A DNA stretch of 64,000 nucleotides from Candidatus Taylorbacteria bacterium RIFCSPLOWO2_12_FULL_43_20 (GCA_001821295.1 MHSK01000017.1:31-64030), one strand, 5' to 3'. Positions 44,147 through 54,194 are shown, counted from the first letter of the stretch. Made by a program: numbers and translations. Notes: generated by a model from the letters alone, not told the origin.

Positions 44147-44467
44147 ATGCACACTCGAGCAGTCATATATGTGGTAAAGGCAGAAAACACCTTTGACAAA
44201 CTTAGGCGCGTAGCGTTAACGGACCAATGTCAGTATTGTATTCAGCAGACACAAATGCTTATTTCTCACATCCGGTCATTAGCGCAAGCAGTTGAAGCGT
44301 ACGGAGATGACAACAGAAGATACGCGGCACTCCGCCTTGAATGTCCGGTATCGGACGTCACCGAGGAACAAGCCATGGCACATTATATTGAAAAGGGAGG
44401 CGCCGAGGGTTTCCGCAAAAGACAAGAAGAGGCAAAAAAGGAACAACAAACGGCTCAATTTGGATGA
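44147..44467 (+). CDS. hypothetical protein
   Basis: 106 aa with no recognised domain. Followed immediately by a strong terminator. Divergent from the 43654..43947 gene. Confidence 0.4.
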   Translation: MHTRAVIYVVKAENTFDKLRRVALTDQCQYCIQQTQMLISHIRSLAQAVEAYGDDNRRYAALRLECPVSDVTEEQAMAHYIEKGGAEGFRKRQEEAKKEQQTAQFG

Positions 44468-44493
44468 CAAGACATACGTCTTGTCTTTTTTTA
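44466..44493 (+). terminator. rho-independent terminator (gacaagacatacgtcttgtc + TTTTTTT)
   Basis: 8-bp stem followed by a 7-T run, directly after stop 44467. Confidence 0.8.
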
Positions 44494-44778
44494 TGGTAGA
44501 TACCGCTTAACGAAAAGCGCACACGAATGAGAAACACCCCATCCCCAGCATCTTCTTTTACCCGATAAAAGAAGATGCTGGGACTTCCCCTCTAACTCCC
44601 CTTCGCTCTAAGAAGAGCTTCGGCGGAGCATGAGAGGGGAAGAGTGGGGGCACCTATTCCTCTCCTCGCTAGCTGAAACAAACGCGCCGGACGAGTGGCG
44701 TATTTATAAATATGTAAGATTATTAAAGGGGTTTACTTTATTTAGATAATGTGTTAATATAGCATTAAATCACAAATT

Positions 44779-46317
44779 ATGCTTAAAACAAAGAAAAAGA
44801 GAATTTTCGTCATCATAGCCGCGCTCAGCATCATCGCGCTCGCCGTTTTCTTCGTATCCAGAGAGGAGGATCCTCTATCGCGCTATGAACTGGAGAACGC
44901 GCAACGTGGCGATATTGTTGAAGTCGTGAGCATAACCGGCACAGTGAAGCCCTCAAAGGAAGTTTCGCTCGGGTTTGTAAGGGCAGGCAAAATCAACGCG
45001 ATCAGCGTCAAAGTCGGCGATAAGGTCAACAAAGGTAAAGTGTTGGTCTCTATGGATGACTCTGATATTCGCGCCGAATTGTCACGCGCCAAAATCGCAT
45101 TAGAGGCGGAGAAAATCAACCTGGAAAATATAAAAAGGGCGGGAGCCAGAATAGCGAAAAACGGCAATAACATCTCACCCGATGAAGCCGCCGTTTTGAG
45201 CGCGCTCAATCAATACACAGAAAGTTTGAAGGAAGCGTATACGAAAACCGATAATACTGTAAGAACATACGTTGACAAGTTTTTCGGTGACTCGCGACAA
45301 TCCCCACATTTTGGCATAGAAATCCATGACGGAAACGCTAAATATTTTGTCAGTGGCTTACCTGATCAGCAGATCAGCATCAACCGCGAAAAGAGAATGC
45401 TCAACTCCGATTTAAAAATCTGGCGCGAAAGCACAGCGGAAAATTTTTCTTCCGATGTTGACGAAGTATTCGACATCGCTGAAACAACACTGATGAATGC
45501 CGATAGTATGGTCCAAGGCATCGGTGACATTTTGGATTCCAAAACATACACTTCCGCGACTGAAGAAAGCATATATAAAGGACTGCGGTCGGATTTGCAC
45601 ACCGCCCGCTCTGCCATAGTAAACGAATTATCGGCAATACGTCTCACAAAAAATAATTATCTTAAAACGTCGGCAAATTCAAGCCCGGAGGAAATCCGCC
45701 TTGCTGATCTCCAGGTGAAATCCGCTCTAGCAAACATCGCTAGCATTGAAGACCGCCTGAGCGAAACATGGATAGCATCGCCATTTAGCGGTACGGTGGT
45801 TGCCGTAAACGCCGAAACTGGAGAGATAGCTTCAACAAATTCCCCTATCGTAAAAATGATATCATCAGGGCAATACGAGATTGAAGCATTTGTTCCTGAA
45901 TCCGACATCGCAAAAGTCAAAGTAAAAGACACCGCCGAAGTTACACTTGACGCTTATGGAGAAGATGAGATTTTTGAAGCTTTTGTGGCAAGCATTGATC
46001 CTGCCGAAACCGCTCAAGAAGGCATTTCTACATATAAAATCAAATTGGTATTCGTCTCCGATGACTCAAGAATCTTATCCGGAATGACGGCCAACATAGA
46101 CATCTCCACGGAAAAGAAAGAAGACGTTATCAAGATTCCCGAGCGGGCTGTAATACGAGAAAAAGGGGAATATTTCGTAAGAGTTGTAACAGCGTCGGGA
46201 ACCGATGTGGAAAAAAAGAAAGTTGTTCCCGGTATAAGAGGCGCGGACAGTTATAGAGAGATCATTTCCGGAATCAAAGAAGGAGAACAGATTGTCGTGT
46301 TTGATAAACAAGAATAA
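44779..46317 (+). CDS. efflux periplasmic adaptor (membrane fusion protein, MacA/HlyD family) with long coiled-coil insertion
   Basis: N-terminal TM helix, a biotinyl/lipoyl-like hairpin VKPSKEVSLGFVRAGKINAISVKVGDKVNKGKVLVSMDD, and C-terminal beta-barrel/MP domains. 512 aa. Confidence 0.7.
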   Translation: MLKTKKKRIFVIIAALSIIALAVFFVSREEDPLSRYELENAQRGDIVEVVSITGTVKPSKEVSLGFVRAGKINAISVKVGDKVNKGKVLVSMDDSDIRAELSRAKIALEAEKINLENIKRAGARIAKNGNNISPDEAAVLSALNQYTESLKEAYTKTDNTVRTYVDKFFGDSRQSPHFGIEIHDGNAKYFVSGLPDQQISINREKRMLNSDLKIWRESTAENFSSDVDEVFDIAETTLMNADSMVQGIGDILDSKTYTSATEESIYKGLRSDLHTARSAIVNELSAIRLTKNNYLKTSANSSPEEIRLADLQVKSALANIASIEDRLSETWIASPFSGTVVAVNAETGEIASTNSPIVKMISSGQYEIEAFVPESDIAKVKVKDTAEVTLDAYGEDEIFEAFVASIDPAETAQEGISTYKIKLVFVSDDSRILSGMTANIDISTEKKEDVIKIPERAVIREKGEYFVRVVTASGTDVEKKKVVPGIRGADSYREIISGIKEGEQIVVFDKQE

Positions 46318-46318
46318 T

Positions 46319-47038
46319 ATGCCCCCGCTGATTGAGACAAGAAATATCTGTAAAGAGTACAGAGACGGGCAAACAGTTACGCCTGTTCTTGATAACATAT
46401 CACTTCAGATAAGGAAAGGAGAATTTGTGGCAATCATGGGTCCGTCAGGATCAGGCAAATCAACACTGCTTCATATTCTCGGTTTCCTTGACGCGTACTC
46501 GTCCGGAGATTATCTTTTTGAAGGAAAAGAGACATCATCTTACACGGAAGAAGAATCGGCAAAAGTGCGAAACCGGAAAATCGGCTTTGTTTTCCAGGCC
46601 TTCAATCTTCTTGCGCGCGCGAGCGTACTGGACAATGTTAAACTGCCCTTGCTCTATTCAGAAATAGACGAGAAAGAATGGGATGAACGGGCGAGAAAAT
46701 CATTGGAGTCCGTAGGGCTTTCGCATAGGATAAACCACGAACCGAACGAATTATCGGGAGGTGAAAAACAAAGAGCGGCAATCGCAAGAGCTTTGGTCGC
46801 AAACCCTGAAGTGATATTCGCCGATGAGCCGACAGGAAACCTTGATTCCAAATCGGGACAAATGGTCATGGAAACCCTCGAACAGGTCCACCAGAAAGAA
46901 GGGCGGACAATTATCCTCATTACACATGAGACAGAAACGGCGGAACACGCGGAAAGAATTATCAATATCAGAGACGGCAAGATTGAAAAAGACGAAAAAA
47001 TCGCGACGAGACGACTCGCCAAGACTTTCATAAAGTAA
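46319..47038 (+). CDS. ABC transporter ATP-binding protein (MacB/LolD-type)
   Basis: Walker A GPSGSGKST, signature LSGGEKQRAAIARAL, Walker B VIFADEPTGNLD. The track ORF 46292.. overlaps the adaptor gene; ATG 46319 follows its stop. Confidence 0.85.
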   Translation: MPPLIETRNICKEYRDGQTVTPVLDNISLQIRKGEFVAIMGPSGSGKSTLLHILGFLDAYSSGDYLFEGKETSSYTEEESAKVRNRKIGFVFQAFNLLARASVLDNVKLPLLYSEIDEKEWDERARKSLESVGLSHRINHEPNELSGGEKQRAAIARALVANPEVIFADEPTGNLDSKSGQMVMETLEQVHQKEGRTIILITHETETAEHAERIINIRDGKIEKDEKIATRRLAKTFIK

Positions 47039-47043
47039 CACGC

Positions 47044-48279
47044 ATGAGAACAGCCCATACATTCAAATCAGCGTTTAAATCCTTGAGGGCCAATAAAACC
47101 AGATCGGCCCTTACCATACTCGGTATCGTTATCGGAATAACGGCTATCATAATAGTGGTCTCAGTAAGCGAGGGAGCAAAAGGACTGATATTGAGCCAGA
47201 TCAAAGGGCTGGGCGCTAACATAATTTTTATTGAACCCGGCAGAGAACCCGAGGGACCTTCCGATTTCACTCAGATATTGTCAGACTCATTGAAAGATCG
47301 CGAGCTGAAAGCCCTGAACAAAAGAAACATACCCGATCTCAAAGATCTGGCTCCGGCCGTCATGGTGCCTGCCATATTGAGCCGCGGCGGAGAAACAAAA
47401 AACACAAACGTGCTCGGCACTTCTCCGCTTTATGCGGAAATGCTGTCCATTTTCCCGGAACAAGGCGTCTTTTTATCAGATGATGATGTTTTATCAGGAT
47501 CCAACTCCGTGGTTATCGGCTACAATGTCAAAGAAGAGCTTTTCGGCCCGTCCGACGCGCTAGGTGAGAATATAAAAATCAAAAATAAAAATTTCAGGGT
47601 CATCGGCGTCTTTCCGAAGAAAGGGCAAGTGGCTTTTTTTGACGTAGACAACGTGGCAATTATTCCATACACAACAGCCCTGAACTACATATCGGGTTCG
47701 CGGCATTACAATCTGATCATGGCCGAGATCAGCACCGACGAGGCAGTACCCAGAGCCGCCAAGGACATTGAAATAACACTCCGCAATCTGCACTCTATCA
47801 CCGATCCTGAAAAAGACGATTTTCACATTACGACGCAGGAAGATATAGTAGACAGAGTAGGCACGATCACGGGCGTATTGCAGACTCTTCTCGGATCGGT
47901 AGCGGCAATTTCTCTCATAGTGGGAGGTATAGGAATAATGAACATCATGCTCGTGTCTGTAACTGAAAGAACCAGAGAAATAGGACTGAGAAAGGCCCTA
48001 GGCGCTAGACCGGCTGACATACTTTATCAATTTCTTCTTGAAGCAGTGATGCTTACGATCATAGGCGGAGTCATAGGAATTATCTTGGGCGCTTTGTTTT
48101 CATTTACGGTATCCATTGTCTTGAGCAAAACACTTAACCTTGACTGGTCATTTGTTTTTTCCACGAAAGCCGCGGCTCTAGGAATAGCAGTGTCCGGAGG
48201 AATCGGCCTCATTTTCGGAATTTTCCCCGCCCGACGCGCATCCAAGAAAAGCCCTATTGAGGCGCTTAGATACGAATAG
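47044..48279 (+). CDS. ABC transporter permease, FtsX/MacB family
   Basis: Four TM helices with a large periplasmic domain between TM1 and TM2, C-terminal FtsX-like region. 411 aa. Confidence 0.8.
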   Translation: MRTAHTFKSAFKSLRANKTRSALTILGIVIGITAIIIVVSVSEGAKGLILSQIKGLGANIIFIEPGREPEGPSDFTQILSDSLKDRELKALNKRNIPDLKDLAPAVMVPAILSRGGETKNTNVLGTSPLYAEMLSIFPEQGVFLSDDDVLSGSNSVVIGYNVKEELFGPSDALGENIKIKNKNFRVIGVFPKKGQVAFFDVDNVAIIPYTTALNYISGSRHYNLIMAEISTDEAVPRAAKDIEITLRNLHSITDPEKDDFHITTQEDIVDRVGTITGVLQTLLGSVAAISLIVGGIGIMNIMLVSVTERTREIGLRKALGARPADILYQFLLEAVMLTIIGGVIGIILGALFSFTVSIVLSKTLNLDWSFVFSTKAAALGIAVSGGIGLIFGIFPARRASKKSPIEALRYE

Positions 48280-48566
48280 AATGTCAACACTAAGTGTTGA
48301 CATTCTTGCACGCTCCGGGACTTTCAAGTCCCTACGCAAGCAAAGCAGTTTGCTTGCTCAGCGCTTCAAATTTCGCAGACTCAATTTGTGCGCGCTGAGG
48401 GACTTGGTCACCTCAAAAACTTGCCGCCGCAAGTTTTTTCCTCGACCCCGGATTTTTGGTTTTTTCTGCTGAAAAAACATCAAAAATCCCTTCAAGTCCC
48501 TCGCGCAAAGCACGCAGGTGCTTTGCTAGCGCGTCACAAAATATATTCGCTCCGCTCATTATTTTG

Positions 48567-48639
48567 TGCGCGCTGAGGGACTTGAACCCCCGGCCCTCTC
48601 AACGTCAATGAGATGCTCTACCAACTGAGCTAAGCGCGC
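48567..48639 (-). tRNA. tRNA-Val (anticodon GAC)
   Basis: The reverse complement GCGCGCTTAGCTCAGTTGGTAGAGCATCTCATTGACGTTGAGAGGGCCGGGGGTTCAAGTCCCTCAGCGCGCA has anticodon loop TTGACGT. No CCA encoded. Confidence 0.8.
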
Positions 48640-48916
48640 ATCAATACTATTCCGAATACCTACAATCTACCAAAAAACGAAACGGTTTACCACCTCGCCG
48701 TACGCGATGACGCCAGCAACGCCCTCAAGGTCTGGATTTATATAACAGACTACGAAGATCGGTTTAAAATTATAATTTTCCAGTCTGAATAATTTTCAAT
48801 ATTTCATTGTGAAGTATACCGTTGGAAACTAAACACCCCCCTCAGGCTCGAACGAGGTGAGGTGGATTCTCTCATACTGAGTCTGGGTAGGAATTCCGCC
48901 CACCGAGCCCAGCCAG

Positions 48917-50218
48917 TTATCGCTTTTTCCATGCCGCGTCTTGGCGCACGAGAATTTTTTCCTTATCTCGGGGAAAAGCCATTATCTCCTCCACTATTTT
49001 TTCAAGCCGCGCCGTCTGCGAACCCTTCACTAATACGATATCCCCTTCCCCTATGATTCCATCCATGTACTTAGCCGCCTGCATGACATTATCAAACTGC
49101 AATATGTTTTTTTCACTCATACCGCCGGAAAGAGCGCCACTCGCGATATCCCTGGCCCTCAAACCGACTGTAATCAAAGTATGGCATATCGCTGAAGTCA
49201 TTTTTCCCGCGTTTACGTGAGCCTCCTTTGAATACGCTCCGAGCTCCATCATGTCTCCGAACACGGCAATTTTCCTCTTCTTTACGGAAATATCCCGCAG
49301 GGTTTTAAGCGCCTCTTCAAGAGCTACAGGCGATGAGTTGTAGGAGTCATCAATAATTATTGAATTTCTTATTCCGGGTACAAGACGCATTCTCCCCGGC
49401 GCGGCGGTGAATTTACTGAATGAATCGCACACGGAAAGCACGCTTAATCCGGATGAAATTCCAGTGGCAATGCCAAAAAGCGCGGGATAGATATGCTGCG
49501 CGCCCAGTACCCCGGTAAGAGATACAGGGATGCTATTGCCTAAAAAATTTGCTTTAAAATTCAATCCTACCGGACACTCCTCGCCCTTATCGTCTTTCCT
49601 ATAACTCATCATCGCGTGAGACGCCGTAATATCGCTTTGATTTTCTATGCCGACTGTCAATTTGCCATTGAATTCGGAACCGAGCTTTCGGGCGTCCGGA
49701 TCATCATTGTTCACAATCAAAACTCCTTCTTTTTTTAATGCCCATACCAAATAACTTTTTTCCTCTATTAATTGTTTTTTTGAATTGAAAAACTCAATGT
49801 GAACCGGCAGGTCGCCGAAACGCGTGATAATGGCAATATCGGGCTTAATCCATCTTGTTATATTCTTTATGTCATTCGGACGATCCGCGCCAATCTCTAA
49901 TATAAGCCATGTTGGATAGTCCATCGGTAATAAAACAAGCGCGGCTCCTCTCACGATATTACCCAACCAGACAAAAGGGTTGTTCCAGCCGTTCGGTAAT
50001 CCCAACACGGTAAGCGGGACACCTATTTCGCTATTGAAACTTTTCGCGCTTTTACGGACGAAATATTGCCTTGCCAGCACCTGATAAACTGCGTCTTTCG
50101 CCGATGTCTTCCCCACACTGCCGGTTATACCGATTATTTTCGGCTTATATTTTTTAATAGCAAGCTTCGCTTCAAAAGTCAGAATGTTTATTATGGTTTC
50201 TTTTAGAATGTTTTTCAT
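48917..50218 (-). CDS. murF: UDP-N-acetylmuramoyl-tripeptide--D-alanyl-D-alanine ligase
   Basis: ATP-binding loop KIIGITGSVGKTS, Mur ligase middle and C-terminal domains. 433 aa. Sits at the end of the dcw block. Confidence 0.8.
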   Translation of the reverse strand: MKNILKETIINILTFEAKLAIKKYKPKIIGITGSVGKTSAKDAVYQVLARQYFVRKSAKSFNSEIGVPLTVLGLPNGWNNPFVWLGNIVRGAALVLLPMDYPTWLILEIGADRPNDIKNITRWIKPDIAIITRFGDLPVHIEFFNSKKQLIEEKSYLVWALKKEGVLIVNNDDPDARKLGSEFNGKLTVGIENQSDITASHAMMSYRKDDKGEECPVGLNFKANFLGNSIPVSLTGVLGAQHIYPALFGIATGISSGLSVLSVCDSFSKFTAAPGRMRLVPGIRNSIIIDDSYNSSPVALEEALKTLRDISVKKRKIAVFGDMMELGAYSKEAHVNAGKMTSAICHTLITVGLRARDIASGALSGGMSEKNILQFDNVMQAAKYMDGIIGEGDIVLVKGSQTARLEKIVEEIMAFPRDKEKILVRQDAAWKKR

Positions 50219-50282
50219 ACCTATTGACTTTGAATTACAAAACTCGTCGAAGGCAGAGCTTTTGCGAAAATCTCCAACGAAA

Positions 50283-50425
50283 TAGGGAGCACCCCATCGC
50301 CTCGGAAACCTCCCCCTTCGCTAATAAGCTACGGCGGGACACAGTCGGCACTTCCTCTTTAATGAACACCCCATCGCCTCGGAAACCTCGGCACTTCCCC
50401 TCTAAAGAGGGGAAGAGGAGGGCAC
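50283..50425. repeat. palindromic repeat family 3 (~140 bp; CACCCCATCGCCTCGGAAACCTC...CCCCTCTAAAGAGGGGAAGAGG), nested inside the dcw cluster
   Basis: An inverted near-copy lies at 61620-61760 and a partial copy at 63243-63300. Flanked by family-8 arms (ttgaattacaaaactcgtcgaaggcagagcttttgcg / gcaatgttccgc). Confidence 0.7.
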
Positions 50426-50487
50426 ACATTGTCTGACGCAATGTTCCGCTAAAGTCCGGCCAAGATAAAGAGTTTTGTAATTCATGA

Positions 50488-52209
50488 TTATTGATTATAT
50501 TCTTGCCGGTCCGGGGGTATTTCATAATAATTAATCAAAAAGTCCGTAATGTCAAAGAACGGATGGGTAAGCGTTTCTGAAGAGTACCTCGCTCCGATCG
50601 GATTCACTGTATACAAAAAGACCATAAACTTCGGATCGTAGGCCGGAAAATAGCCAAAGAAAGAATGCAGAAAGCGGTTATCATAGTAACCTTTGGTAAT
50701 TTTGTCCGGAATTTGCGCCGTTCCCGTCTTTGCCGCTACGCTATAATTGTCCAGCTTTACGGTACCTTCAAGGAGAGATGTATCAACCACTTCAACAAGC
50801 ATTCTTGTTATCTCTTCAGCTGTTTCTTTTTTTAAAACTCTGTTGCTGTTTTCCGCGGATAATTTTTTGGAAAAACCGATTTTATAATCAATTTCACTGA
50901 CGACGCGAGGCCGCGGCAAGATACCGCCATTGGCCAACGCTGACAGAGCTCTGGCTGTAGCAATAGGTGTCATGGCAATGCCTTGGCCGAACGAGGCATT
51001 AGCATATTCAATATCCCTGGGGCTGTGCAAATTTTCCACAAGACCGGAAGACTCGTTGGGCAAATCTATACCCGTTCTTTCGCCAAGACCGTAATTGAAC
51101 ATGTACTCGGCAAATTTCTCTTTTCCCATCTTTTTTACGACAAAAGCGACTCCCGTGTTGAGTGATTGATTCAATACTTCTTGCATGGAAACCCACCCGC
51201 GGCCAACTCCGTCATAGTTTGAAAATCTGGTGTTGTTTAAGATACCGAATCCAGTGTCTTCATAAAACGTGTCGGCGGTAACAGCTCCGGAGTCCAGACC
51301 GGCCGCCATGGTTAAGGGCTTAATTATTGATCCCATTTCGTAGACATTTTCCACTATTGGATTTGAGAATATGTCCGAGGTTTTTTCGTTTTGAAAAGCG
51401 TTGGGATCAAAAGTCGGATATACAGCCATGGCGTAAATTTCTCCGGTTTGTGGATTCATGATAATTCCGCCGGTGATTTCGGAATGCCATTTTTCTGAAA
51501 TTTTTTCCAGTTGCCGTTCCAGAGTTATTTCAACATTGGGCTCGATTGACGTCACGATATTACCTTCAAGATCATCGTGTTTAACTATTGCTTTGTTTAC
51601 ATTTGAAAATATCTCCGCAAAAAAATTCACGTACAGATTCTCATTCCTTCTCCTCAATATATTTTCGTAGTGACTTTCCAAACCATACCGCCCCGCGAGT
51701 TCATCGCCTTTATATCCCACAATGCCCAAAACATGGGCGGCAAGTCTGTCTCCCGGATAAATGCGCCATTTATCTTTGTGCAAATATACCCCATCAATAC
51801 CAAAATCGGCTATGTCGAGCCCCTTCTCTTCCTCAACCTTCTTCGCGATTATTTCGTAGGGATCGTTTTCTATGGATGCTCGAGCGATGAAATTGTCATA
51901 GCCAATCGGTAATATTGAATTTATTTTTTGATACGCATCCTCTGCGTTTTCAAGCAAACTCGGATTTATCGCCAGCGTAAAACCGACTCTCTGCGTCGCG
52001 GCAGATACCAGTTTTCCTTCCTTGTCAGTGAAATATATATTTCCCCTATCGGAAAGATTTCTCTCAGGATTATAGTATTGCCTCTCGGCGCTTTCGCTGT
52101 ACATTTCGCCCCGTACTACCTGCACCATATAAAGTTTTGAACTCAAAACCAGCGCAAACAGTACAATTCCTATTGAGAGAATCCTGATCCTTACAAGTGA
52201 AGTTCCCAT
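50488..52209 (-). CDS. ftsI: peptidoglycan D,D-transpeptidase FtsI (class B PBP, divisome)
   Basis: N-terminal TM helix, SxxK (GSIIKP), SxN and KTGTAQ motifs. Lies between ftsL and murF. Confidence 0.8.
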   Translation of the reverse strand: MGTSLVRIRILSIGIVLFALVLSSKLYMVQVVRGEMYSESAERQYYNPERNLSDRGNIYFTDKEGKLVSAATQRVGFTLAINPSLLENAEDAYQKINSILPIGYDNFIARASIENDPYEIIAKKVEEEKGLDIADFGIDGVYLHKDKWRIYPGDRLAAHVLGIVGYKGDELAGRYGLESHYENILRRRNENLYVNFFAEIFSNVNKAIVKHDDLEGNIVTSIEPNVEITLERQLEKISEKWHSEITGGIIMNPQTGEIYAMAVYPTFDPNAFQNEKTSDIFSNPIVENVYEMGSIIKPLTMAAGLDSGAVTADTFYEDTGFGILNNTRFSNYDGVGRGWVSMQEVLNQSLNTGVAFVVKKMGKEKFAEYMFNYGLGERTGIDLPNESSGLVENLHSPRDIEYANASFGQGIAMTPIATARALSALANGGILPRPRVVSEIDYKIGFSKKLSAENSNRVLKKETAEEITRMLVEVVDTSLLEGTVKLDNYSVAAKTGTAQIPDKITKGYYDNRFLHSFFGYFPAYDPKFMVFLYTVNPIGARYSSETLTHPFFDITDFLINYYEIPPDRQEYNQ

Positions 52210-52221
52210 AATCCGTACCGG

Positions 52222-52542
52222 CTACCGGCCGGTTTTCAAAGACAGCTCATCAGCATTGTCTTTCTTAGATATGAAATTTTGGTTCTTTACATCATGAAAA
52301 CCCAAGGAATAGGCATATTCGGGACTGATTTCGTTCTTGAGAGCTATATATTTGAATTCTATCTCACCCAGTTTTGAGTTTAACGCGCTGATTTTGGTTT
52401 CAATTTTCTCGCGTTCCGCCACTGCATAAACGGCCTGATTTACAAAATAGGCATACGTAGAAACGGCAACGACTATCGCCATGAGGAGATACCAAAAAAG
52501 TTTTTTATTGTTTTGAAATTTTTTTAATCCGGCGTTTGTCAT
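52222..52542 (-). CDS. ftsL: cell division protein FtsL-like (septum formation initiator)
   Basis: 106 aa, one TM helix plus coiled coil, canonical position between rsmH and ftsI. Confidence 0.6.
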   Translation of the reverse strand: MTNAGLKKFQNNKKLFWYLLMAIVVAVSTYAYFVNQAVYAVAEREKIETKISALNSKLGEIEFKYIALKNEISPEYAYSLGFHDVKNQNFISKKDNADELSLKTGR

Positions 52543-53441
52543 AAATGCTTTTCTATGATTCTTAATTTTGCGCTTCGCGCCCTTCGATTTGACTTGACTT
52601 CTTGAACGGAGGGCGTAATCGGTTTTTTGTTGACCAAGACATGCTTTCGGTCCGAAGATAACTCTTTGAAAAATCTTTTTACCACGCGGTCTTCCGAGCT
52701 ATGAAATGAAATTACCGCTAACCTGCCCTCCGGCCTTAGTACTTCAAACGCCCCGCTCAGGGCTTCCTTCAGAGCCGGCAGTTCATCATTGACCGCCATA
52801 CGCAGTGCCTGAAAGGTTTTTGTGGCAAAATGTATTTTCCCCCCGCGGTAAGCCGCAGGTATTGCTCGGTAAATAATCTCTACGAACTCAAATGTGGTGT
52901 TTATGGGGTTTCTCTGCCTCTCCTCGGCTATGGCTTTGGCTATCCTTTTGGCGTAACGCTCTTCGCCAAAACCGTAAATTATGTCAGCGATATTTTCTTC
53001 ATCCCAACTGTTCAGTATTTCCCGAGCCGTGACCGCTTCGCCATCGCTCTCCTTTGAGTATGTCATCCGAAGCGGCTCATCCTTTTGGAATGAAAACCCG
53101 CGACCTGATTCCATTTGATCTGAACTCCATCCGAGATCAAACAATATCTTATCCGGCGCTGATCCGATTTCGCCGACAACCGTGCGTATATCTCGGAAAT
53201 TTGCTCTCTTCAGCATAAAATCAGCTCCACCGGCTTCGAGCCGTTTCCCGGCGCGTTCCAGAGCGTCACCATCCAGATCAATGCCGATAATTTTTACCGA
53301 TCCGGCAAATCTTCTGGCCACCTCGGCGCTATGCCCGCCTCCGTTTATGGTCGCGTCCAGAAAGACCTCCCCCACTTTGAGCCGAAGTCCGTCTATTGAT
53401 TCGTTTAAAAGAACTGTTTTGTGAATGGTCTCGGCGTTCAT
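52539..53441 (-). CDS. rsmH: 16S rRNA (cytosine1402-N4)-methyltransferase
   Basis: SAM-binding region with DATINGGGHS. Lies downstream of mraZ. 300 aa. Confidence 0.85.
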   Translation of the reverse strand: MNAETIHKTVLLNESIDGLRLKVGEVFLDATINGGGHSAEVARRFAGSVKIIGIDLDGDALERAGKRLEAGGADFMLKRANFRDIRTVVGEIGSAPDKILFDLGWSSDQMESGRGFSFQKDEPLRMTYSKESDGEAVTAREILNSWDEENIADIIYGFGEERYAKRIAKAIAEERQRNPINTTFEFVEIIYRAIPAAYRGGKIHFATKTFQALRMAVNDELPALKEALSGAFEVLRPEGRLAVISFHSSEDRVVKRFFKELSSDRKHVLVNKKPITPSVQEVKSNRRARSAKLRIIEKHL

Positions 53442-53465
53442 GCTTGTGTTTTTTCACCATACGGC

Positions 53466-53903
53466 TCACAATACACTGCCGAAACTTCCCAGCTTTTCCG
53501 CCAATGAGTCAGCCTGCTTTTCTACCATTTTTTTGTATTCCTTCCACGCGTCCTCGTTCCAAATTTCAACTCTGTCCTGCACTCCGATAATGATCACTTT
53601 TTCTCCCAAACCCGCCCTGTCCTTTAAAAAATCCGGCACGAGCACTCTGCCAATTGAATCAATTTCAGCTTCCACCGCTCCTCCAAACATAAACCTGTTG
53701 AAACTTCTGGAGTCTGACTGCAAGAAACTGCCTTGGGAAAGTTTGCCAGAAATGTGTTCCCATTGTTTGGCCGTAAAAACGAACAGACATCCGTCAAGAC
53801 CGGGGGTTAAAACTACATTTTTCCCCATTTCTTTTCTGAATTTCGAAGGCATTGATAGACGATTCTTGCCATCAATGCTGTGTGTGTACTCTCCTATGAG
53901 CAT
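53466..53903 (-). CDS. mraZ: transcriptional regulator MraZ
   Basis: Duplicated DGKNRLSMP / IDSIGRVLVP motifs. 145 aa. First gene of the dcw block. Confidence 0.85.
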   Translation of the reverse strand: MLIGEYTHSIDGKNRLSMPSKFRKEMGKNVVLTPGLDGCLFVFTAKQWEHISGKLSQGSFLQSDSRSFNRFMFGGAVEAEIDSIGRVLVPDFLKDRAGLGEKVIIIGVQDRVEIWNEDAWKEYKKMVEKQADSLAEKLGSFGSVL

Positions 53904-54194
53904 GCTTCCTCCTCCCCTTTTTGACGATTATTCGCCTTAGCGGGAAGTTCATTGTTGACTATAGGCACACGTACAAGCTCTCTGACTTTCAAGTCAGAGA
54001 GCAAGATTTCTAATTCATAAGAAAGATTCCCGCAAATTACATGGTATTTTTCTAGATATATTTTCATATTTTTTCTTCTATGCCACTTTTTCCCACTTGT
54101 ATACATTTTATAACACTTTATACCACTTGCAAGCACAAAAACCCGATTTTTGACAGTAGAATATAAAAAAACAAAATTGTCCAGCAAAACAAAA

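Noticed and set aside
53894-54187. 97-aa ORF upstream of and overlapping mraZ.
   Set aside because: Low-complexity, overlaps the mraZ start region and the adjacent MITE. More likely the mraZ promoter region than a gene.
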